Below, in pieces: positions 17,495 through 23,522 of a stretch of 23,522 bases of DNA (positions are counted from its first letter, which is position 1; every line of letters starts with the position of its first letter). A model generated the notes under the pieces. It had not been told where the DNA came from, searched no databases, and was given only the letters and a program-made list of their open reading frames with translations. Location of the stretch: positions 1-23,522 of the forward strand of contig JBECKX010000021.1 of assembly GCA_040235515.1 (NCBI GenBank), in the 5' to 3' direction. This DNA comes from Candidatus Zixiibacteriota bacterium (GTDB lineage: Bacteria > Zixibacteria > MSB-5A5 > CAIYYT01). The position numbers and the translations under genes are program-made.

Positions 17495-17863
17495 CTAAAC
17501 CACCTCCGGCGCCAGCGACACGATCTTCATGAACTGTTTTTCACGAAGTTCGCGGGCGACCGGGCCAAAAATACGAGTACCGCGGGGCTCCTTCGAGTCA
17601 TCGATAATGACCGCTGCGTTTTCCGAGAAGCGGACGCAGGAACCATCTTTGCGGCGGGTGACGTTGCGGGTTCTGACGATGACCGCACGACACACATCTG
17701 ATTTCTTTACAGTGCCGCCCGGGATGGCATCCTTGACGGTACAAACGATGATATCACCGAGACGGGCGTAACGGCGACGCGTGCCACCGAGGACGCGGAA
17801 ACACATCACGCGGCGAGCGCCGGAATTATCGGCGACGTTGAGGTTTGAATACTCCTGAATCAC
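17495..17863 (-). CDS. rplN: 50S ribosomal protein L14
   Basis: [20 protein letters not shown] and SLAPEV; GTG start. Confidence 0.99.
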   Translation of the reverse strand: MIQEYSNLNVADNSGARRVMCFRVLGGTRRRYARLGDIIVCTVKDAIPGGTVKKSDVCRAVIVRTRNVTRRKDGSCVRFSENAAVIIDDSKEPRGTRIFGPVARELREKQFMKIVSLAPEVV

Positions 17864-17865
17864 GG

Positions 17866-18117
17866 TTACACCGCCTTCTCGAGCACCTTGATGAGGCGCC
17901 AGCGTTTATTTTTCGAAAGCGGACGGGTCTCCATGACCATTACCTTATCGCCGATGCCGCACTCGTTGTTGCCGTCGTGGGCGTACAGCTTAGACTTGCG
18001 CTTGATAATGCGCTGGTAGAGCGGGTGCTTCATAGTGCGCTCAAGCTCTACGGTAATCGTCTTATCCATTTTATCGGAGACGACTACACCGACTCTGGTC
18101 TTACGCGAATTGCGCAA
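17866..18117 (-). CDS. rpsQ: 30S ribosomal protein S17
   Basis: [16 protein letters not shown] and ETRPLSK.KRW; TTG start. Confidence 0.99.
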   Translation of the reverse strand: MRNSRKTRVGVVVSDKMDKTITVELERTMKHPLYQRIIKRKSKLYAHDGNNECGIGDKVMVMETRPLSKNKRWRLIKVLEKAV

Positions 18118-18120
18118 CTC

Positions 18121-18375
18121 TTACTCCTTTACCTCTGCTTCTTCCTTACCCTGGCTGATCGAGCGGCCTTCATTGAGGCGACCGATCCCCAGCTCCTCTT
18201 CCCGCAAAACGGTCATGATCCGGGCGACGTCCTTACGCAGCATGCGAATACGAACAGGATTCTGCTCCTGCTTGGTTCTGGCCTTGAGACGGAGGTTGAA
18301 CAGTTCCTCTTCCACCTCGTGCAGCTTCTGCTGGATTTCACCCATGGTCAGATCACGAATAGATTCAATCTTCAT
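18121..18375 (-). CDS. rpmC: 50S ribosomal protein L29
   Basis: ELFNLR and NP.RIR..RKDVARI.T; lies between rplP and rpsQ. Confidence 0.97.
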   Translation of the reverse strand: MKIESIRDLTMGEIQQKLHEVEEELFNLRLKARTKQEQNPVRIRMLRKDVARIMTVLREEELGIGRLNEGRSISQGKEEAEVKE

Positions 18376-18395
18376 AGTCTTAACTACCTGCGCCG

Positions 18396-18809
18396 TTAAC
18401 CGATTTCGCGCGTAACAAACTTGGTGCGGATCGGCAGTTTGGCGGATGCCAACCGCATCGCCTCCTGCGCCAGTTCACGTCCGACACCTTCAACTTCAAA
18501 GAGGATTCGACCCGGCTTGACGACGGCGACCCAGAATTCGGGAGCGCCTTTACCCTTACCCATACGGGTTTCGAGCGGTTTTTTCGACACCGGTTTATCG
18601 GGGAAGACGCGAATCCAGACCTTACCACCACGTTTGATTCGGCGGGTGAGGGCGACACGGGCCGCCTCGATTTGCCGGTTGGTGATCCAGGCAGGTTCGA
18701 GTGCCTTGAGAGCGTACTCACCAAAGTCAACGCTGCTGCCGCGATAAGCGAGTCCGCGACGGCGTCCGCGATGATGGCGGCGGTACTTTATCCTCTTCGG
18801 CATTAACAT
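18396..18809 (-). CDS. rplP: 50S ribosomal protein L16
   Basis: MLMPKR.KYR, QIEAAR, RMGKGKG and KLP. Confidence 0.99.
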   Translation of the reverse strand: MLMPKRIKYRRHHRGRRRGLAYRGSSVDFGEYALKALEPAWITNRQIEAARVALTRRIKRGGKVWIRVFPDKPVSKKPLETRMGKGKGAPEFWVAVVKPGRILFEVEGVGRELAQEAMRLASAKLPIRTKFVTREIG

Positions 18810-18887
18810 ATTAACTTCTCCATATCCTCAAAAATCAAAGACTCTCAATATATTCGGGGGCCCCTGTCATGGCAAGAGCTTTTTAAG

Positions 18888-19778
18888 CTATTTGTCCTGC
18901 GAAGCGTCGCCCGACTTGCCACCGCTTCTTTCCTGGTCCGAGCGATCGCGCCGGCGAGCCTCAGCCTTGATCTCCTCGGCCTTAGCGCGCGCCTTCTCGG
19001 TATTGCGCTGGTCGGAGGTTTCGCCACGACGCGCCTTGCGAACGCGGTGACGCGGCTGACGATCGTTGCGACTGCGCGGTTTGCGGTCGGGACGAATGCG
19101 ACGCGGCTCCGGTGAGACCTCTTCGGCTTTCTCGCCTGAGGCGCCCATGCGGTCGAGAATTTCGCCGCGACAGATCCAGACCTTGACACCAATCGTGCCA
19201 TAGGCAGTGTGCGCGGTACCGGAGTAGTAGTCGATGTCGGCGCGCAACGTATGCAGCGGCGTACGACCTTCTTTGTACTTCTCAGTGCGCGCGATTTCCG
19301 CACCGCCGAGACGACCGCCACATGTAACTTTGATACCCTCGGCGCCCATCTTCATCGTAGCACCGATCGACTTCTTCATGGCGCGACGGAAGCTGACGCG
19401 ACCCTCGAGCTGGCGGGCGATCGAATCCGCCACGAGACGAGCGGAGAGTTCAGGTTTTTTCACCTCAACGATGTTGAGGGTGATATCGGCGTTGGCCAGG
19501 AGTCGGAGTTCTTCCCTGAGCTTGTCGACCTCGGCACCCTTGCGTCCGATAACGATACCGGGCCGCGAGGTGTGGATATCGATGGTGACCTTTTTGGGGT
19601 CACGCAGGATTTCGACGTTTGCCAATCCGGCGTTTTCCAGACGCTTATCGAGATAGCGGCGGATTTTGACGTCCTGATGCAGCAGGTCCGCGAAATCTCG
19701 GTCGTTGGCGAACCACTTAGAATTCCAGCTGCGAATAATCCCGAGACGCAAGCCTATGGGATGAGTTTTCTGACCCAA
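18888..19778 (-). CDS. rpsC: 30S ribosomal protein S3 with long C-terminal extension
   Basis: GQKTHPIGLRLG, RPGIVIGRKG, GRLGGAEIAR and PLHTLRADIDY; TTG start. Confidence 0.99.
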   Translation of the reverse strand: MGQKTHPIGLRLGIIRSWNSKWFANDRDFADLLHQDVKIRRYLDKRLENAGLANVEILRDPKKVTIDIHTSRPGIVIGRKGAEVDKLREELRLLANADITLNIVEVKKPELSARLVADSIARQLEGRVSFRRAMKKSIGATMKMGAEGIKVTCGGRLGGAEIARTEKYKEGRTPLHTLRADIDYYSGTAHTAYGTIGVKVWICRGEILDRMGASGEKAEEVSPEPRRIRPDRKPRSRNDRQPRHRVRKARRGETSDQRNTEKARAKAEEIKAEARRRDRSDQERSGGKSGDASQDK

Positions 19779-19837
19779 ACTATTAACTCCTTATACCGAA
19801 CAAATCTAAATCTCTAACTCAGACTCTCCAGCGGGGC

Positions 19838-20248
19838 CTAGGCATCGGCCTCAGCGGAATCCTTGGCAGCCTTGCCACGACGACGACGGCGCTCTTCGCG
19901 AGCCTCGCCGGCGACCACTACGGTGACGTGACAGAGGCGATGCTTGATGCGAACGGCGCGTCCCATCGAGGCGGCACGAATCCGCTTATAGGATGGTCCG
20001 CCGTCGACGAAAATCTTTTCGATGGTCAGGTCCTCGGCCTTCAGACGGGCGGAACCGACCGAACTCATTGCGTTGGCCGCGGCGGAACGTACAACTTTGC
20101 GCACCGAATCAGCCGCACCCTTAGGAGTATGGGTGAGGATGGCGAGCGCTTCGTCCACCTGCTTGCCACGCACCAGGTCTGCGACGAGACGAACCTTGCG
20201 GGCCGACATGCGCAGATAGCGTGCTCTTGCTGTTGCTTCCGTGTACAT
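19838..20248 (-). CDS. rplV: 50S ribosomal protein L22
   Basis: SARKVRLVADLVRGK, SAAANA, VDGGP..KR and GRA. Confidence 0.98.
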   Translation of the reverse strand: MYTEATARARYLRMSARKVRLVADLVRGKQVDEALAILTHTPKGAADSVRKVVRSAAANAMSSVGSARLKAEDLTIEKIFVDGGPSYKRIRAASMGRAVRIKHRLCHVTVVVAGEAREERRRRRGKAAKDSAEADA

Positions 20249-20262
20249 CCTCAGTTACTCCC

Positions 20263-20553
20263 TTACTTCACGGCGGTTTTCTTCTCGGTCAGCTTCTGAC
20301 CGGAATGGCCGCGATAGGTACGAGTCGGCGCGAATTCACCCAGTTTGTGTCCCACCATATTTTCGGTGATATAGACCGGGATGAACTTATTGCCGTTATG
20401 AATAGCTATTGTGTGTCCCACGAATTCCGGAGAGATAGTGGAGCGGCGTGACCATGTCTGGATGACTTTCTTATCGCCGGCAGCGTTCATTGCCTCGATT
20501 TTCTTCATCAGACTATCCTGAATGTATGGTCCCTTCTTCAGCGATCTTGCCAT
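20263..20553 (-). CDS. rpsS: 30S ribosomal protein S19
   Basis: [16 protein letters not shown] and [13 protein letters not shown]. Confidence 0.99.
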   Translation of the reverse strand: MARSLKKGPYIQDSLMKKIEAMNAAGDKKVIQTWSRRSTISPEFVGHTIAIHNGNKFIPVYITENMVGHKLGEFAPTRTYRGHSGQKLTEKKTAVK

Positions 20554-20571
20554 AGTTTGCTCACACTCCTC

Positions 20572-21393
20572 TTACTTTCTCCGTTTGACGATCAAGCGAT
20601 CTGATTGTTTTTTCTTGCGTGTCTTCTTGCCCTTGGCAATCAGACCCCAAGGTGAACAGGGGTGACGACCACCGGAGGAACGGCCTTCGCCTCCACCCAT
20701 CGGGTGGTCAACCGGGTTCATCACGACGCCACGAACCGAGGGTCTGCGACCGAGCCAGCGGCTGCGACCGGCTTTGCCGATACTCACCGCGCCATGATCG
20801 ATATTACCCACCTGCCCCAGGGTGGCGTAGCAGGTAAGTTTGACTTTGCGAACTTCACCAGAGGGAAGTTTCAGGTTGGCCCAATCGCCCTCCTTGACCA
20901 TCAACTGGATGATGGTGCCGGCGGCGCGGCCGAGCTGGGCGCCTTTACCGGGGGTCAATTCCACACAATTGAGGAAGGCACCCGGCGGAATCTTTGCGAT
21001 CGGAAGCGCGTTACCCGGTTTGATCTCGGCGTTTTCCGAGGCCATGATTGTCTGGCCCACCTGGAGACCATCGGGAGCGATGATATAGCGTTTCTCGCCA
21101 TCAGCGTAATGCAGCAGCGCGATACGCGCCGAGCGGTTCGGATCGTATTCGATCGTAGCGACACGAGCCGGAATGTCACGCTTGTCCCGTTTGAAGTCGA
21201 CGCGACGATAGGCGCGCTTATGACCGCCACCACGGCAGAATGCCGTAACACGGCCACGGTTATTGCGACCGCCCGTGCTCTTGAGCGGCTCAAGCAGAGA
21301 CTTCTCGGGCTTGTCTGTCGTGATCTCCTCGAAAGTCGACACCGTCATGTGGCGTCGGCCGGGTGTGATCGGTTTGAAACTTCTCAGTGCCAT
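20572..21393 (-). CDS. rplB: 50S ribosomal protein L2
   Basis: [20 protein letters not shown] and [17 protein letters not shown]. Confidence 0.99.
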   Translation of the reverse strand: MALRSFKPITPGRRHMTVSTFEEITTDKPEKSLLEPLKSTGGRNNRGRVTAFCRGGGHKRAYRRVDFKRDKRDIPARVATIEYDPNRSARIALLHYADGEKRYIIAPDGLQVGQTIMASENAEIKPGNALPIAKIPPGAFLNCVELTPGKGAQLGRAAGTIIQLMVKEGDWANLKLPSGEVRKVKLTCYATLGQVGNIDHGAVSIGKAGRSRWLGRRPSVRGVVMNPVDHPMGGGEGRSSGGRHPCSPWGLIAKGKKTRKKKQSDRLIVKRRK

Positions 21394-21473
21394 ATCGTAA
21401 CTTCCTTACTTGTCTCTCTTACTCAGCGTGCTAACTCAGCGTACCTGTTGACCTCAGTCTGCGCCGGTCGGGC

Positions 21474-21767
21474 TTAGAAGGTCTCGAACTCCTGGATCGT
21501 CGCGCCTTCCTTCAGCTTCACGACGGCCTTCTTCCATTCCGGGGTATAGCCGGGACGGTAGCGGCCGAGGCGGCGCATCTTACCGGGGTTATTCTGGGTC
21601 GTGACCTTTTCCACCTTAACGCCGTACAGCTTTTCGATGGCTTTCTTTATATCAACCTTGTTCGCGTCCCTGGCGACTTCGAACACATAGGCGTTCTTTT
21701 CTTCGCGGGAGCGGAGTGATTTTTCACTAATCAATAGCGTCTTGATGATGCGATGCTCGTTCTTCAT
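21474..21767 (-). CDS. rplW: 50S ribosomal protein L23
   Basis: SEKS, YVFEV..DANK..IK.A.E and WKKAVVKL. Confidence 0.98.
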   Translation of the reverse strand: MKNEHRIIKTLLISEKSLRSREEKNAYVFEVARDANKVDIKKAIEKLYGVKVEKVTTQNNPGKMRRLGRYRPGYTPEWKKAVVKLKEGATIQEFETF

Positions 21768-22393
21768 TTCGAGAATACCTCCTCACACTCCTTGAGGCCA
21801 TCCTCGGTCAAGACGACATAGTCGGCACCGACGATGTCATAGACGCTGGCGGTCGCGGCGCGCTTGTAGTTGAACTTCGGGATATTGCGACAGGAGAGTT
21901 CCAGGTTCCGGTCGATGCCGGTATTGAGAAAGAGGATACGTGATCCTGCGATCTCCATTTTCTCGAGCAACTCAACCACCGACTTGGTGCGGGGTTTCTC
22001 AAGATCCTGGGTCCTGATCACGAAGACGCGCTCTTCCTGAGCCTTCATCGTGAGCGCCGACTTGAGAGCACGGCGACGCATTTTCTTCGGGATGCGGGTG
22101 GTATAGTCACGCGGTTTGGGCCCGAAGATGATACCGCCACCTTCCCAGAGGGGCGAACGGTTCGTGCCGGCACGAGCGCGGCCGGTACCTTTCTGACGCC
22201 ACGGCCTGGCACCACCACCACTGACTTCGGCTCTGGTGAGACTCGAGTTCGTGCCTTGACGTTGATTATTCAAGTATGCCTTGATGGCCTGATGGATACT
22301 GTAGGGTTTCACTTCGCTGGCGAACACGGCGTCCGACAGTTCCTGAGTACCCTGCTGATCTCCTGCCATCGTATATAGTTTTGCGCTGGCCAT
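21764..22393 (-). CDS. rplD: 50S ribosomal protein L4
   Basis: RQGT, EVSGGGARPWRQKGTGRARAG and FGPKPRDY. Confidence 0.99.
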   Translation of the reverse strand: MASAKLYTMAGDQQGTQELSDAVFASEVKPYSIHQAIKAYLNNQRQGTNSSLTRAEVSGGGARPWRQKGTGRARAGTNRSPLWEGGGIIFGPKPRDYTTRIPKKMRRRALKSALTMKAQEERVFVIRTQDLEKPRTKSVVELLEKMEIAGSRILFLNTGIDRNLELSCRNIPKFNYKRAATASVYDIVGADYVVLTEDGLKECEEVFSK

Positions 22394-22437
22394 GACTCAA
22401 TATTCCTAAACTAGTATTCTTTCCTGACTAACCGAGC

Positions 22438-23058
22438 TTACTTCTTCCTGATCTTCACGAGCGAGTTTTTCTTACCCGGCACGGCGCCGCGAAGACCGAT
22501 GAGGCCCTTCTCGGCATCGACCATGATTACACGCACGTTTTTCACGGTCACTTGCTCATTGCCCATCTTTCCGGCCATGCGGAGTCCTTTGAAGACTCGC
22601 GACGGATAAGAGGACTGACCGATGGAGCCGGGGGCGCGCCAGCGATCTGACTGACCGTGGGTTTTGGAACCGCCGCCGAAGCCATGGCGACGAACAGCGC
22701 CCTGGAAGCCGAGGCCTTTGCTGACACCGACAACATCGACGCGCTCGCCGACCTTGAAGATATCCGCTTTGAGTTCCTGTCCCGACTTGAAGTCGTCGAC
22801 CGAATCGACTCTAACTTCCGAGAGGGTGAAGGTCGGCTTCACACCCGCACGTTTGAAATGACCTGCCGCCGGCTTGCCGACGCGCTTGGCTTTGCGCTCA
22901 CCGTAGCCGATCTGAAGGGCATTGTAGCCGTCAGTGGCCTCACTCTTCACCTGTACGATAACGTTCGCCCCGGTCTGGACAATCGTCACGGGGTGGGCGT
23001 CACCGTTCTCGCTGAAGATGCGAGTCATTCCAATTTTCTTACCTATCAGCGCCTTCAT
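22438..23058 (-). CDS. rplC: 50S ribosomal protein L3
   Basis: GKKIGMT, DGYNALQ, SKG.GFQG..RRH and RAPGSIG. ATG 23058 preferred; an in-frame TTG at 23061 is an alternative. Confidence 0.99.
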   Translation of the reverse strand: MKALIGKKIGMTRIFSENGDAHPVTIVQTGANVIVQVKSEATDGYNALQIGYGERKAKRVGKPAAGHFKRAGVKPTFTLSEVRVDSVDDFKSGQELKADIFKVGERVDVVGVSKGLGFQGAVRRHGFGGGSKTHGQSDRWRAPGSIGQSSYPSRVFKGLRMAGKMGNEQVTVKNVRVIMVDAEKGLIGLRGAVPGKKNSLVKIRKK

Positions 23059-23070
23059 CAAGCTACTCCC

Positions 23071-23385
23071 TTAAACCTTGATCTCCACATTAACACCGGC
23101 CGGAAGATCGAGCTTCATCAGCGCATCAACTGTCTGCGGTGTCGACTCATAGATGTCGATGAGACGTTTATGTACGCGTGTTTCGAACTGCTCGCGCGAC
23201 TTCTTATCCACGTGAGGTGAACGCAGCACCGTGTAAACCGTGCGCTTCGTCGGAAGCGGAATCGGTCCGGCGATACGCGCTCCGGTGCGGAGAACGGTTC
23301 GCGCGATTTCCTTGGTTGACTTATCGAGCGAGTAGTGATCGAAAGCCTTCAAACGAATTCTGATCTTCTGGGCCGTTGTTGTCAT
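23071..23385 (-). CDS. rpsJ: 30S ribosomal protein S10
   Basis: [18 protein letters not shown] and [14 protein letters not shown]. Confidence 0.99.
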   Translation of the reverse strand: MTTTAQKIRIRLKAFDHYSLDKSTKEIARTVLRTGARIAGPIPLPTKRTVYTVLRSPHVDKKSREQFETRVHKRLIDIYESTPQTVDALMKLDLPAGVNVEIKV

Positions 23386-23395
23386 AGCAGCTCCA

Positions 23396-23522
23396 CTACT
23401 CGATAATTTCCGAGATTACGCCGGCGCCGACGGTGCGGCCACCCTCACGGATGGCAAACCGCAATTCTTTCTCCATCGCGATCGGCATGATCAACTCTAC
23501 TTCCATCTGCACGTTGTCGCCA
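23396..23522 (-). CDS. tuf: elongation factor Tu, 3' end (partial)
   Basis: Manual translation ...[41 protein letters not shown]. Confidence 0.97.
   Translation of the reverse strand, partial: GDNVQMEVELIMPIAMEKELRFAIREGGRTVGAGVISEIIE

Noticed and set aside
8249..23363. Long plus-strand ORFs opposite ribosomal genes (e.g. 9116-9793, 12373-13233, 19209-19817, 20662-21477)
   Set aside because: Expected antisense open frames given the codon bias of highly conserved genes; no protein-like motifs.

Overview
Mostly core bacterial genome. Positions 7301-23522 on the minus strand hold a complete S10-spc-alpha ribosomal superoperon, from the 3' end of tuf through rpsJ to rplO, secY, adk, map, infA, rpmJ, rpsM, rpsK, rpsD, rpoA and rplQ, closed by an intrinsic terminator. 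Downstream on the minus strand are a single-pass membrane protein gene, plsY, gpsA, a MerR-family regulator, tRNA-Pro(GGG) with its own sigma70-type promoter, and a DUF3298/DUF4163 (RsiV/PdaC-like) lipoprotein gene. On the plus strand are a membrane protein with a DUF1566-like C-terminal domain coupled to a NUDIX hydrolase, thyX, and a small DUF2007-like gene. The L3 and L22 sequences look FCB-like (for example Zixibacteria); this is inference only. I saw no mobile element, CRISPR array or defence system, and nothing that demonstrates a new system. The best leads are non-coding or translational: (1) mutually inverted 3 x 14-bp arrays around the DUF2007-like gene; (2) a recurrent RAGUUA(G) motif in the ribosomal-protein spacers; (3) two similar spacers, each with an 11-codon mini-ORF; (4) a terminator-like hairpin just before the rpsM RBS; (5) a lipoprotein gene with no ATG/GTG/TTG upstream of its signal peptide.
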